Shown here one piece after another: positions 1 through 9,051 of a stretch of DNA of 32,000 bases. The translations under genes were made by a program, and so were the position numbers. Below the pieces are notes generated by a model that worked only from the letters and a program-made list of their open reading frames with translations, did no database searches and had not been told where the DNA came from. This DNA comes from Pyrolobus fumarii 1A. GTDB taxonomy: Archaea; Thermoproteota; Thermoprotei_A; Sulfolobales; Pyrodictiaceae. The stretch covers positions 870,001-902,000 of the forward strand of contig NC_015931.1 of NCBI RefSeq assembly GCF_000223395.1. The letters run 5' to 3'. Positions within the stretch are counted from its first letter, which is position 1; each line of letters opens with the position of its first letter.

Positions 1-1629
1 GCACGTCAGATTGTTGGTATTGTACGCGAGGTTGTAGAGGAGGTTAACAAGCTGAGTCTCGAGGAGCAAAAGAGGTTACTTGAGGAGAAGTACAGTTGGG
101 TGCTTGAGAAGACGCGTAAGCCGCGCGCTGAGGAGAAGAAACTACCGCCTCTACCGGAAGCCGAGGAGGGCAAAGTAGTAACCAGGTTTGCACCTAACCC
201 AGATTTCGTCATACACCTTGGGAACGCGCGTCCAGCTATACTTAGCCACGAGTATGCAAGAATGTACAAGGGCAAGTTTATCCTCCGCTTTGAAGACACA
301 GACCCAAGGACCAAGAGACCGATGATAGAAGCGTATTCTCTCATCAAGGAGGACTTAGAATGGCTTGGCATCAAATGGGATGAGGAGTATGTGCAGAGCC
401 TCCGCATGGAGATATACTATGACATAGCTCGGAAGCTCATAGAGAAGGGTGGAGCATATGTTGACGACCAGCCTGCAGAAAAGTTCCGAGAGTATCGCGA
501 CTCGGGCAAGCTGGCTGAGTATCCACCCAGGAGGAGAAGTCCAGAGGAGAACCTAGAGCTGTGGGACAAGATGCTTGAAGGTGCATTTGGTGAAGGGGAA
601 GCCGTACTGAGGGTTAAGACCGATCCCTCACACCCCGACCCATCTGTGCGCGATTGGGTAGCATTCAGGATAATAGATACGAGCAGGACGCCACACCCCC
701 TTGTAGGCGACCGCTACATAGTATGGCCCACATACAATTTCGCAGCTGCAGTTGACGATCATCTAATGGGTGTGACGCACATTCTACGAGCCAAGGAGCA
801 TATGCAAAACACCGTGAAGCAAAAGTTCCTCTACCAGCACCTAGGCTGGAAGTATCCACATGTAATACACTTCGGGCGCTTGAAGCTAGAAGGCTTCATA
901 ATGAGTAAGTCGGTCATGAAGAAGCTGATGGAAGAGGGGTTCTTCCTCGGCATCGATGACCCACGATTTGGCACTATCGCAGGACTGAGGAGGCGTGGTA
1001 TCGACCCAGATTCTATCCGGAAACTCATCCTCGACGTGGGCGTGAAGGGCACAGACGCGTCAATAAGCTATGCAAATCTTGCAGCTGTCAACCGCAGCAT
1101 AATAGACCCGAAAGCCAAGAGGTTCATGGTTGTGTTTGACCCGGTGGAGGTAGTAATCCAGGGCATACCGGGGCGCATAGAAGCAAACATACCATTTCAT
1201 CCTGAGCGACGCGAGATGGGATCAAGGGTATTGGTGCTCCCTGCGGGTGAAGCTAGGGTATACCTGCCAAGGCGGGATATCGCGAAGGTTGGCGTGGGTG
1301 GGTGGATTAGGCTAGCCGAGGCCATCAACATAGAGATAGTCTCGATGGATGGTGACAGGGTTGTTGCCCGCTATAAGGGTACTAGTCTGGATGAGGCGAG
1401 GGCGAGACGTGCGCCAATAGTGCAGTGGGTGCCGGCAGGCGATGTAGTAGAAGTTACAGTGTTCATACCCGAGGGTCTAAGGTTGCGCGTTGAGAAGGGG
1501 GTTGGTGAGCCTGCTCTACGTGAAGTTAAGCGGGGTGATATAGTGCAGTTCCTTCGTGAGGGCTTCTATAGAGTAGATGCTGTTGCGGCGGAGCAGAATG
1601 AGGTCGTAGTTATATATGCCCACGATTGA
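1..1629 (+). CDS. gltX: Glutamyl-tRNA synthetase (archaeal type), 5' end outside the window
   Basis: Frame 1 is open from base 1 to the stop at 1627-1629, so the track start at 100 (GTG) is internal. Class I aaRS motifs are present: HLGNARPA (HIGH type), RFEDTDP and GFIMSKS (KMSKS type). Confidence 0.9.
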   Translation, partial: ARQIVGIVREVVEEVNKLSLEEQKRLLEEKYSWVLEKTRKPRAEEKKLPPLPEAEEGKVVTRFAPNPDFVIHLGNARPAILSHEYARMYKGKFILRFEDTDPRTKRPMIEAYSLIKEDLEWLGIKWDEEYVQSLRMEIYYDIARKLIEKGGAYVDDQPAEKFREYRDSGKLAEYPPRRRSPEENLELWDKMLEGAFGEGEAVLRVKTDPSHPDPSVRDWVAFRIIDTSRTPHPLVGDRYIVWPTYNFAAAVDDHLMGVTHILRAKEHMQNTVKQKFLYQHLGWKYPHVIHFGRLKLEGFIMSKSVMKKLMEEGFFLGIDDPRFGTIAGLRRRGIDPDSIRKLILDVGVKGTDASISYANLAAVNRSIIDPKAKRFMVVFDPVEVVIQGIPGRIEANIPFHPERREMGSRVLVLPAGEARVYLPRRDIAKVGVGGWIRLAEAINIEIVSMDGDRVVARYKGTSLDEARARRAPIVQWVPAGDVVEVTVFIPEGLRLRVEKGVGEPALREVKRGDIVQFLREGFYRVDAVAAEQNEVVVIYAHD

Positions 1630-1656
1630 GGAGAGATAGTATGAACTAGGTGAGCA

Positions 1657-2433
1657 ATGATAGACATGATGCTAAGCGACACACTGTTGGTGGCTTTAGC
1701 GGCTGGTGGACTAGCTGCTCTTTTGACGTCTGTTGGCGCGCTTCTTGGCATACTATTTGGTTTATCCAGAGTCAAGCCTGAAAGGTTCCTAGACGTGGGA
1801 TTGGCGTTCAGCGCTGGTGTAATGATTGTTGCGAGTTTTACGAATCTGCTTATGCCCGCTATGGAGGCGTGGAGTGCGCCACCGGCAATCCTCGGGCTTA
1901 TAACCGGAGTTGTTGCGATGATAGCTGTGCACGTGATGTTACCGCACGAACATACAAGGAAGGAGGCCTACGAGGGACCATACTGGGGGCGTAAGCTACA
2001 CGTTGCACTCCTGGTGTCATTTGCGGTCGTTATTCACAACTTCCCGGAGGGGCTAGTCATAGGCGCAGCCAGCGCCTATGATGTGAAATCGGGGCTCTTG
2101 CTAGGCCTGGCTATAGGTTTGCAAGACATACCCGAAGGTATCGCAATCATTCTACCGCTCTACTTGTCCACGGGGCGAGCGGTATACTCGCTAGCAGTCG
2201 GCATGTTAAGCGGATTATCCGAGCTCGTGATGGCGTTGCTTGGAGCAACTCTAGGTGAAAGTAGCATGGCGCTATTGCCCGTCCTCCTAGGTTTTGGTGC
2301 GGGTGCGATGATCTTCGTATCAGTACGTGAGGTCATACCTGAGAGCTTTAGAGAAGGGCATGAGGATGAGGCTACGCTGGGCTTCTTCCTAGGATTCATA
2401 ATGATGTTGTTACTCGACTTGACGCTCTCCTAG
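1657..2433 (+). CDS. ZIP-family divalent metal (zinc) transporter, ZupT-like
   Basis: The protein is polytopic and hydrophobic. It has the paired ZIP signatures HNFPEGLVIG and QDIPEGIAI and a His-rich loop (HVMLPHEH). Confidence 0.8.
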   Translation: MIDMMLSDTLLVALAAGGLAALLTSVGALLGILFGLSRVKPERFLDVGLAFSAGVMIVASFTNLLMPAMEAWSAPPAILGLITGVVAMIAVHVMLPHEHTRKEAYEGPYWGRKLHVALLVSFAVVIHNFPEGLVIGAASAYDVKSGLLLGLAIGLQDIPEGIAIILPLYLSTGRAVYSLAVGMLSGLSELVMALLGATLGESSMALLPVLLGFGAGAMIFVSVREVIPESFREGHEDEATLGFFLGFIMMLLLDLTLS

Positions 2434-2469
2434 CGCAGGCGTAGGTTTCATAAACTCTTGTCTAACACT

Positions 2470-2493
2470 CCGACCGGGCGACGACCCGGTCGG
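2470..2493 (+). promoter_or_regulatory. Perfect 9-bp GC-rich stem-loop or palindrome directly upstream of the rpl7ae Shine-Dalgarno sequence
   Basis: CCGACCGGG (2470-2478) and CCCGGTCGG (2485-2493) are exact reverse complements around the loop CGACGA. GGAGGAGG and the ATG at 2509 follow. A TATA-like TTTCATAAA lies at 2446-2454. Confidence 0.35.
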
Positions 2494-2508
2494 GGAGGAG
2501 GATGAGCC

Positions 2509-2895
2509 ATGAGCAAGCCGTTCTATGTTAGGTTCGAGGTCCCAGCCGAGCTAGCCGAAAAGGCATACAAGGCGCTCGAGATTGCAAGGAAGACGGGCAA
2601 GATCAAGAAGGGTACCAATGAGACCACAAAGTGCGTCGAGCGCGGTCTTGCCAAGCTCGTGCTAATAGCCGAGGATGTAGACCCGCCGGAGATCGTTGCT
2701 CACCTACCCCTACTATGCGAGGAGAAGAAGGTACCGTACGTCTACGTGCCCAGCAAGAAGAGGCTAGGCGAGGCTGCGGGCATCGAGGTGGCTGCGGCTA
2801 GCGCCTGCATAATCGACCCTGGCGAGGCCAAGGACCTCGTAGAGGAGATCATCAAGGCCGTAAACGAGCTTAAGGCCAAGGCTGGTGTTAGCTAA
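2509..2895 (+). CDS. rpl7ae: 50S ribosomal protein L7Ae (K-turn binding protein)
   Basis: The full-length protein matches the L7Ae pattern: [64 protein letters not shown] Shine-Dalgarno sequence lies upstream. Confidence 0.95.
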   Translation: MSKPFYVRFEVPAELAEKAYKALEIARKTGKIKKGTNETTKCVERGLAKLVLIAEDVDPPEIVAHLPLLCEEKKVPYVYVPSKKRLGEAAGIEVAAASACIIDPGEAKDLVEEIIKAVNELKAKAGVS

Positions 2896-2905
2896 ACCGG
2901 TGTCC

Positions 2906-2911
2906 TTTTTT
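2906..2911 (+). terminator. Oligo-T run after rpl7ae (possible archaeal terminator), overlapping the TTG start of the next gene
   Basis: A TTTTTT run starts 11 nt after the rpl7ae stop. Its last two T residues belong to the TTG at 2910. Confidence 0.25.
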
Positions 2912-3794
2912 GAAACTCCTACATAAGCTATCAGGTTATGTAGAGCTTGTACGTCCTCATAACGTCCTTGTGGCGGTGCTTAACGGTATCGTTGGCTTCG
3001 TTACAGTGGCTTGGTTAACCGGGTGTTTGGACAACGCGTGTCTATACCCAGCATTAGCTGCGATAGCATTGGTTGCAGCAGGAGGCTATGTTGTTAACGA
3101 CTATTTCGACGCGGATATTGACGCTATATCAAAGCCTTCGCGGCCGATACCCTCCGGGAGAGTCACGCCAGGCGAGGCTCACCTCTTTGCACTCGCGTTA
3201 TTAGCGCTAGGAGTGTACGCCGGGTTCAGTCTAAGCATTTTGCACGGGCTCTACGCTCTAATTGTTGCAATGCTTCTCTATGCATACCCCGCTTGGATGA
3301 AGAGAAGACGTGCACTTACAGGTCATCTGACGGTAGCCGCTACCGGTGCATCGACGATAATCTATGGTGGTTTAGCAGCGGGGGTGTGTTGCAATTCTCT
3401 GGATGCATCGTTACTCGCTTCGAGTATACCAGCGGCTTACGCGTTCACCCTCATACTAGCAAGAGAGTTTGTAAAGGCGCTAGAAGACTTCGAGGGTGAT
3501 AGTGCAAGAGGTGCAGCAACCATAGCGACAAGGTACGGTATTAGAACGGCACGTAGTGCCGCAATAGCGTTGTTACTTTGTGTTGCAGTTGCTGCACCTC
3601 TACCAGCGTTGATAGGGCCTTATGGCGCTGTGTATCTTGCGCTAGCATCTATGGTTATACTGTTGAACGTATACTCGATTAGGTTGTTGGTGAGAGGTGA
3701 ATACCCCAAAGCGAGGCGAGCATTAAAGATAGCGTTTGGCTTTGGGGGGTTGGCGTTCCTGGCGGAACCAGTGTTAGCCCTAATACTGAGGTAA
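2910..3794 (+). CDS. UbiA-family prenyltransferase, probably digeranylgeranylglyceryl phosphate synthase
   Basis: The Asp-rich motif NDYFDADIDAISKPSRPIPSGRV is present and the protein has about 8 hydrophobic segments. TTG is the only in-frame start before the conserved YVELVRPHN N-terminus. Confidence 0.65.
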   Translation: MKLLHKLSGYVELVRPHNVLVAVLNGIVGFVTVAWLTGCLDNACLYPALAAIALVAAGGYVVNDYFDADIDAISKPSRPIPSGRVTPGEAHLFALALLALGVYAGFSLSILHGLYALIVAMLLYAYPAWMKRRRALTGHLTVAATGASTIIYGGLAAGVCCNSLDASLLASSIPAAYAFTLILAREFVKALEDFEGDSARGAATIATRYGIRTARSAAIALLLCVAVAAPLPALIGPYGAVYLALASMVILLNVYSIRLLVRGEYPKARRALKIAFGFGGLAFLAEPVLALILR

Positions 3795-3855
3795 GGCTCG
3801 GCCGAGGGCCCCTGGGCTCCTCACCACTCAGGGGAAGGGGAAACTCCTCATCGCC

Positions 3856-3903
3856 ACGTGAGTTGTGGGGCTTCAGCCCGAGTGCCCCCAAGGCTCCTCA
3901 CGT
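3856..3903. other. Imperfect hairpin between convergent genes, overlapping a 16-nt direct repeat
   Basis: ACGTGAG (3856-3862) pairs with CTCACGT (3897-3903). GGGGC (3867-3871) pairs with GCCCC (3884-3888). Confidence 0.3.
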
Positions 3904-3914
3904 ATCTCGGCACC

Positions 3915-4385
3915 CTACGGTCTCTTCACCGCCCCGAGGCTCCTACCATCCCTATGCCAGGGTTTAACCTGAACGTCCATCGCTAGCCCAGCCTCTATGG
4001 CCATGGCAGTTGCTATCATATCCGCAAGTAGGGATGAGTTTGGCAGAGCTTTTCGAACTATATCCGCCTTATCAGAGACCGGATCATAGGCTATTATGCC
4101 AGTCCAGGCGGGCAAGCCTGCAATAGCATCGTATACGCCCCAGTCCGGTAAAGCAACATACACTCGATGAGCTAGGTGGCGTCTCCTCTCTACCTGCACC
4201 CGTAGCGAGTCGCGGTACAACACCTTCATCTCGACAATCAAGCCACGATAACCCCTTGACGTCTGTTTAACGGCGTAAGCGTCAACCTCCATACCCTCAA
4301 TGACACGGTTGAGTAATGTATGGTAACCTAGACTGCGTAGGAGTCTAACCACAGCTCCTTGCATCATCAATGAGACTTCCTGCAA
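3915..4385 (-). CDS. Hypothetical protein with a PD-(D/E)xK nuclease-fold signature (MmcB/Hjc-like)
   Basis: The motifs EVDAYAV ... GLIVEMKV give a D ... ExK arrangement after an N-terminal helix, followed by RVYVALP. The start is TTG at 4385, with an alternative ATG at 4367. A TATA-like GTATATGA lies upstream on the minus strand. Confidence 0.5.
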   Translation of the reverse strand: MQEVSLMMQGAVVRLLRSLGYHTLLNRVIEGMEVDAYAVKQTSRGYRGLIVEMKVLYRDSLRVQVERRRHLAHRVYVALPDWGVYDAIAGLPAWTGIIAYDPVSDKADIVRKALPNSSLLADMIATAMAIEAGLAMDVQVKPWHRDGRSLGAVKRP

Positions 4386-4564
4386 CCTCCTACTTGTTAG
4401 TCATATACGGCGCACGAACGCCCCCTAAAACAGTTGAGAATAGCAAGCAGACCAATAAGACGATTATCCCCAGGCGTTCTATCGCATGCTAAAAGGTTTT
4501 ACGTGCGTAAGAAGGATAGTGGTACATGGCTATGATGTGTTGTCCGCATTGCCGAGGCGGCACT

Positions 4565-5254
4565 CTAAGCCGCCCGTGGCGAGTGGTGCGCCCCGCCTGA
4601 GCCAACAATTCTCCCGTCAACAATCTCCACGATGCGTGCACCCAGTTTTGATAGAAATCCCGTATCATGAGTAGCTATTACCACGCTTGAGCCGTACTTT
4701 ACAAGCTCGGCTAGTATATCAGCTAGCAAGGCCTTTTTGCTGGAATCTAGGTGGGATGTAGGCTCATCCAGAAGGAGATAGCGTGGCGAAGCTATGATAG
4801 CGCGTAGAATAGAGATTAGTTGTGCTTCGCCAGATGATAGAGACGAAGCCTTGCGATAAAGCAGGTTCCGAATACCGAGTTTCTCGGCAAGCATCTTAAC
4901 TCTTAGTATAGCTTCTTGCTTCTTTACACCGCGCATCACTAGACTAAGTACAAGATTATCAAGTACAGAGCCACGCACAAGAACCGGCTCTGGATGCACA
5001 TAAGCAACCAGCCTGCGTGCAGCAAGCTTGACCTGACGCTCAGCGCTCCAATAATCAACGCGGTCTATCAACACTCGTCCGCGAAGAGGGCGATAAAGCA
5101 GACCAGCTACTTTGAGCAGTGTGGTTTTCCCAGCGCCATTAGGGCCTACCACGCCAATAACTTGCTCTTCGTGGACTTCCAGGTTTACACCGCGTAGGAC
5201 CCAATTTTTCGATCCCGGGTAGCGATACCAAACGTCTCTCAACACTAGCGTCAA
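4565..5254 (-). CDS. tupC: ABC transporter ATP-binding protein (tungstate transporter TupC-like)
   Basis: Walker A is GPNGAGKTT, the ABC signature is LSSGEAQ and Walker B is LLLDEP. The gene overlaps the upstream permease gene by 4 nt. Confidence 0.8.
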   Translation of the reverse strand: MTLVLRDVWYRYPGSKNWVLRGVNLEVHEEQVIGVVGPNGAGKTTLLKVAGLLYRPLRGRVLIDRVDYWSAERQVKLAARRLVAYVHPEPVLVRGSVLDNLVLSLVMRGVKKQEAILRVKMLAEKLGIRNLLYRKASSLSSGEAQLISILRAIIASPRYLLLDEPTSHLDSSKKALLADILAELVKYGSSVVIATHDTGFLSKLGARIVEIVDGRIVGSGGAHHSPRAA

Positions 5255-5892
5255 CTCTTGATCACCCTCTCGGCGATATACACGGTTATAGCTACTATCG
5301 CGAGTATCGTGACCAGCACCAAGCCTAGAAGTATGGCTAATTCATACTCTCCCTTAGAGACCTCCAGGGCAATCGCGGTAGTTATGGTGCGCGTGTAACC
5401 CCGTATATTACCTCCCAGCATCAGTGCAACACCAAGCTCGCCAATAGCTCTCGAGAACGATGCTAACGCAGCTGATATTATAACGTGTAGACTTTCGCGT
5501 AGCGCCAGAATGTGTGCAGAGATCTCGTCTGCCCCAAGGCTCAGTGCAAGCTCGTATATACGAAGATATGTGTGTCGTAGTCCTCTGACGCATAGGGCGA
5601 TGAAGAGTGGGGTGACGAGGATGGACTCACCGATGATTATGGCTTGTGGTGTGTAGAGCAAGCCTAGGAAGCCAAGTGGGCCACTCCTGCTGAGCAGCAT
5701 GTAGAGCAAGAGGCCTACTAATACCGTTGGTATACCAACAAGGCTCTCCGCTATACGTGCAACTAGAGTCCAACTCCGCATAACAGTCAGTACTGAGAGC
5801 GGAATGCACCATAGCGATGCAAGTGCAACAGCGGAAGCAGATACGTAAACACTCCTCACGATTATCTCGGCGGCCTCACCCCAAAGGCTCAA
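5251..5892 (-). CDS. tupB: Tungstate ABC transporter permease (TupB-like)
   Basis: This is a hydrophobic 213-aa protein with the motif FSRAIGELGVALMLGGNIRGYTRTITTAIALE, typical of TupB-type permeases. It lies between the binding-protein and ATPase genes. Confidence 0.75.
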   Translation of the reverse strand: MSLWGEAAEIIVRSVYVSASAVALASLWCIPLSVLTVMRSWTLVARIAESLVGIPTVLVGLLLYMLLSRSGPLGFLGLLYTPQAIIIGESILVTPLFIALCVRGLRHTYLRIYELALSLGADEISAHILALRESLHVIISAALASFSRAIGELGVALMLGGNIRGYTRTITTAIALEVSKGEYELAILLGLVLVTILAIVAITVYIAERVIKS

Positions 5893-5897
5893 AATAA

Positions 5898-6803
5898 CTA
5901 CCCACCTTCGGCCAGCATCTGCCAGGCCTTCTCAAGCATGTCTTCGTGGCCTCTAGCAGGGTAGAAGAGCGGTTTACCATATTTGTCCAGCCCGTATCTA
6001 CCAATAAGCTCTTGGTGCTCGACTACAAACTTCAGGAATTCGAGGGCAGCTTTCCGCTCGGCACCCGTGCACGTTGACACTAGGTAGACGCTATACACGT
6101 TGATGAGTTCGGTGCTATTGCTATAGAGTATCTCTAGGTGTGGTAGCTTCCCGTCAAGCTTTAGCTTTAAGAATGTGCCCGTATCGCTTAGTGTGTATGC
6201 GCCCAGCTCCTCGGCGATTATCAAGGTGCGTGCCATGCCCGTGCCCGATTCGATGTACCATTTATCGCGCCCAGGTTGAGGGTCAAGACCAGCCATCCTC
6301 CATAACATCCTCTCCCTGACATGTGTACCTGAGTTATCACCCCTGCTTACAAACACAGCCTTACCCTCGATGCCAGCCTTGTATATTCTCCTGAACGCGT
6401 CTATCGCGTCACTTGCTTCTCTCACACCGGCGGGATCGTTACTTGGCCCGACAATCACGAAATAATTGTATGCAATGATATGGTGGTTTTCGAGTATACC
6501 ACGCTCTATGTACTTCTTCTCGAGGCTGGGTGCGTGTACGAATACCATGCACGCGTCTCCCTGGGCTGCTTTTCGAAGAGCCTCGCCACTACCAACTGCA
6601 ATGTACTCTACGCGCACATCTGGGTGTAACTTGTGAAACTCGTCGGCAAGATAATCGAGTAGCCCGGTAGCATACAGACTAGTAGTTGTTGCAACACGAA
6701 GCCTTACACCCTCATGGGTGTTTATAACAAGGAAATAGCCCGCTGTAAACGCGGCTGCCACGAGCACTGCAATAAGTACGAGGCTTAGGGGCCTCATCTC
6801 CAT
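5898..6803 (-). CDS. tupA: Tungstate-binding protein (TupA-like substrate-binding protein)
   Basis: There is an N-terminal signal/anchor helix. The TupA signatures VATTTSLYATGLLDYL and VFVSRGDNSGTH are present. Confidence 0.8.
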   Translation of the reverse strand: MEMRPLSLVLIAVLVAAAFTAGYFLVINTHEGVRLRVATTTSLYATGLLDYLADEFHKLHPDVRVEYIAVGSGEALRKAAQGDACMVFVHAPSLEKKYIERGILENHHIIAYNYFVIVGPSNDPAGVREASDAIDAFRRIYKAGIEGKAVFVSRGDNSGTHVRERMLWRMAGLDPQPGRDKWYIESGTGMARTLIIAEELGAYTLSDTGTFLKLKLDGKLPHLEILYSNSTELINVYSVYLVSTCTGAERKAALEFLKFVVEHQELIGRYGLDKYGKPLFYPARGHEDMLEKAWQMLAEGG

Positions 6804-6917
6804 CCACCGGGAATATCAGAAGGAATATAGGGTTGCACTAGAGCATAATCTGGCCGCTGCTCGTCGCTCCCGCCATCTTCTGAAATGTTGTGGAGGTGGG
6901 TAGGCAGCGATCCAATG

Positions 6918-6936
6918 TAATTTAAATTAAAACTAA
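6918..6936 (-). terminator. T-rich tract downstream of ndk
   Basis: The minus strand reads GTTTTAATTTAAATTAC, starting about 9 nt after the ndk stop codon. Confidence 0.3.
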
Positions 6937-6944
6937 TGGTCTAG

Positions 6945-7379
6945 TTACCAGTCGATTATCTCATCGTCCTTGAAGAACACCTTGATTTCGTACTCTGCGC
7001 GCTCGGGAGAGTCAGACGCGTGTATCACATTCTCGCCTATACTGAGTGCAAAGTCGCCTCTGATAGTACCTGGTGGTGCTTTCCTACCGTCAGTGGGGCC
7101 TATCATGAGCCTTACTACACTAACAGCCTCGTCACCCTCTAGCACCATGCCAACAACAGGTGCGCTCGTCACGAAATTGATCAGCTCTTCGAAGAACGGC
7201 TTACCCTTGTGGATGTCGTACAGCTTCTCAGCCTCTTCCCTAGTCAGCTTTTTCATCTTCAACGCCTTAATCTTGAGGCCCTTCCTCTCAAACCGTGCTA
7301 TAATCTCGCCTATGAGACCCCTCTTGACACCATCTGGCTTTATCATAACGAATGTCCTCTGGACGGCCATCCAGGTCAC
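6945..7379 (-). CDS. ndk: Nucleoside diphosphate kinase
   Basis: The motifs [28 protein letters not shown] and NVIHASDS (active-site His) are present. A GTG start at 7379 forms a GTGA overlap with the rpl24e stop. An alternative ATG lies at 7370. Confidence 0.95.
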   Translation of the reverse strand: MTWMAVQRTFVMIKPDGVKRGLIGEIIARFERKGLKIKALKMKKLTREEAEKLYDIHKGKPFFEELINFVTSAPVVGMVLEGDEAVSVVRLMIGPTDGRKAPPGTIRGDFALSIGENVIHASDSPERAEYEIKVFFKDDEIIDW

Positions 7380-7570
7380 CTCTGCTGCGTGGCATACTTC
7401 TTAGTCCACTTTAACTTGCGTGGATCACGGCCAAGCTTCCATAGCTTGAAGCACTTGGAGCTGCAGAACCATAGGATGCTGCCATCGTTGCGTACATACA
7501 TAAGGCCGGTGCCAGGCTCGATACCATGGCCACAATAGGAGCATGTTCTCCTCGCAGGCATCCACTTCAC
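7376..7570 (-). CDS. rpl24e: 50S ribosomal protein L24e
   Basis: A zinc-ribbon pattern is present: [37 protein letters not shown] at 7570 overlaps the rps28e stop as GTGA. An alternative ATG lies at 7561. Confidence 0.9.
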   Translation of the reverse strand: MKWMPARRTCSYCGHGIEPGTGLMYVRNDGSILWFCSSKCFKLWKLGRDPRKLKWTKKYATQQR

Positions 7571-7827
7571 CTCCTCCTACCCAGCTTCCTCGCCTCGCGC
7601 TCAGTCTCGCGCAGGATTAGAATATCACCCAGACGTACCGGTCCCAGCACGTTCCTGGTTAACACTCTACCCTTATCACGACCCTCTAGGACGCGTACTC
7701 GTACCTGCGTAACCTCCCCAGTGACGCCAGTCCTGCCGATGATCTGTATGACCTCTGCCGGGAACCCTATGTCCTGTATAACGTTAACAGGGTCCTTATC
7801 AATGACCACGCGTTTCTCCTCACTCAT
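7567..7827 (-). CDS. rps28e: 30S ribosomal protein S28e
   Basis: The sequence [52 protein letters not shown] matches S28e. I placed the start at the internal ATG 7827 because a TATA-like box abuts the longer ORF start at 7863. Confidence 0.88.
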   Translation of the reverse strand: MSEEKRVVIDKDPVNVIQDIGFPAEVIQIIGRTGVTGEVTQVRVRVLEGRDKGRVLTRNVLGPVRLGDILILRETEREARKLGRRR

Positions 7828-7865
7828 ACCCTTCTTCGCCCCTTGGGGTCCCCCGGCAACCACCC

Positions 7866-7874
7866 GTTTAAAGC
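7866..7874 (-). promoter_or_regulatory. TATA-like box for the rps28e-rpl24e-ndk operon
   Basis: The minus strand reads GCTTTAAAC, about 40 nt upstream of the ATG at 7827. Confidence 0.4.
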
Positions 7875-7884
7875 TGTAGGAGGG

Positions 7885-9051
7885 CTACCTCTTGGCGTGT
7901 ATCTCTACTATATCGCCATCCTCGAGTACGTGATCTGGCCCGACACGCTCACCCGGATATTTCGCAGAAGGGCCCCATATCTTGGCGTATGTGAAGTATT
8001 TTGCCAGATCGCTGTGTATCTTCCTAGCTGCGTCTAGGACTGTAGCGCCCTTTGGGAGTATAAGGGGTGTCTTGCTGACCTCGCCGTTCGGCTGCTTTGT
8101 ATAGACGCGGATTATCCGGAGCATACGGAAGACAAACTCTCCAATCTTGTCAAGGTTGTAGTTACGAACCACCGACACAGGTATCAGTCCTATACCTCGC
8201 CCCTTTAGATGCTCGTAGAGCCTCTTGTATCGTTGTACTGCTCCAGGAACATCGACCTTATTAGCGATGACGAGTGTCGGCTTATAGGTCACCGGTTTAA
8301 ATATCGCCTCTTCAATATCGTCGAGTGTCACCTCACCCTCTATCTCGACTACGGCAGAGTAGATACGGTAGGATGCGAGCAGCTTCTCCACGTCAGCTAC
8401 GGTACCGTCGAGTATGCGCCCCCTAAGTTGCACCTTTACTCCTGGCCCGCCGCCCTTCCTAACCCTAACAACGCCCCTAGGCTTCTCGATAAGAACGCCA
8501 TGCTCGCGCAATATCCTCTTAATATCCTCGTACTGTGCGACTGGATCCCTATCAAGGGCGACTACGAGTATGACGCCGTCAGCGTTTCTAGCCAAGCCTA
8601 CTATGCGAGGCACGTATTGAGGAGCCTCATCTGTCAATGGTGGTGTGTCGATAAGCTGGAACTGGATATCCTCGTATTGTAGCATGCCTGGCACGGGTAG
8701 TGTTGTCGAGAATGGGTAGTCTGCTACGTGCGTCTTGGCCCCCGTTAGTCTCTGCACGAGTAGACTCTTGCCAGCATTAGGTGGGCCTAGTACGACGAGT
8801 TGCGCCGCGCCACTCTTCTCTATGAAGAATCTTGGTCCTCCACCGCCGCCCCTCCTCTGCTTGCGCCGCTCGAGCTCCTCGCGAAGCTCGGCTAGCCTGC
8901 GCCTAGCCCATAGCAATAGGTTCTCTGTACCCTTGTGCTTAGGGACGGCGGCCAGGAACTCCTCGAGCGCCTTGATCTTCTCTTCTATCGTCTTAGCCTC
9001 GCTGTACTTGGCTAGCTTGGCTCTAGCCTCAGCAGGCAGGTTCGCAGGCAT
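7885..9051 (-). CDS. DRG/Obg-family GTP-binding protein with a C-terminal TGS domain
   Basis: G1 is GPPNAGKS, G3 is DTPP and G4 is NKVD. The C-terminal segment (TVLDAARKIHSDLAKYFTYAKIWG ... GDIVEI) is TGS-like. I placed the start at ATG 9051 (MPANLPAEA); the longer track ORF runs into the divergent promoter region. Confidence 0.85.
   Translation of the reverse strand: MPANLPAEARAKLAKYSEAKTIEEKIKALEEFLAAVPKHKGTENLLLWARRRLAELREELERRKQRRGGGGGPRFFIEKSGAAQLVVLGPPNAGKSLLVQRLTGAKTHVADYPFSTTLPVPGMLQYEDIQFQLIDTPPLTDEAPQYVPRIVGLARNADGVILVVALDRDPVAQYEDIKRILREHGVLIEKPRGVVRVRKGGGPGVKVQLRGRILDGTVADVEKLLASYRIYSAVVEIEGEVTLDDIEEAIFKPVTYKPTLVIANKVDVPGAVQRYKRLYEHLKGRGIGLIPVSVVRNYNLDKIGEFVFRMLRIIRVYTKQPNGEVSKTPLILPKGATVLDAARKIHSDLAKYFTYAKIWGPSAKYPGERVGPDHVLEDGDIVEIHAKR

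Noticed and set aside
6-407. Long antisense or out-of-frame ORFs in the track. Examples are 6-407 (minus), 6970-7404 (plus), 8209-8682 (plus), 11501-11812 (minus), 17659-18123 (minus), 21045-21554 (minus), 25614-26108 (plus) and 26609-27004 (minus).
   Set aside because: Each lies entirely inside a gene on the opposite strand or in another frame that has clear family motifs. Their products are Ser/Arg/Pro/Ala-rich low-complexity strings, typical of shadow ORFs in GC-biased coding DNA.
7370-7570. GTGA-coupled GTG starts that would give ndk (7379) and rpl24e (7570) three extra N-terminal residues, as a possible unusual feature.
   Set aside because: ATG codons 9 nt downstream (7370 and 7561) reproduce the usual family N-termini. 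Either choice is ordinary translational coupling and cannot be resolved from sequence alone.
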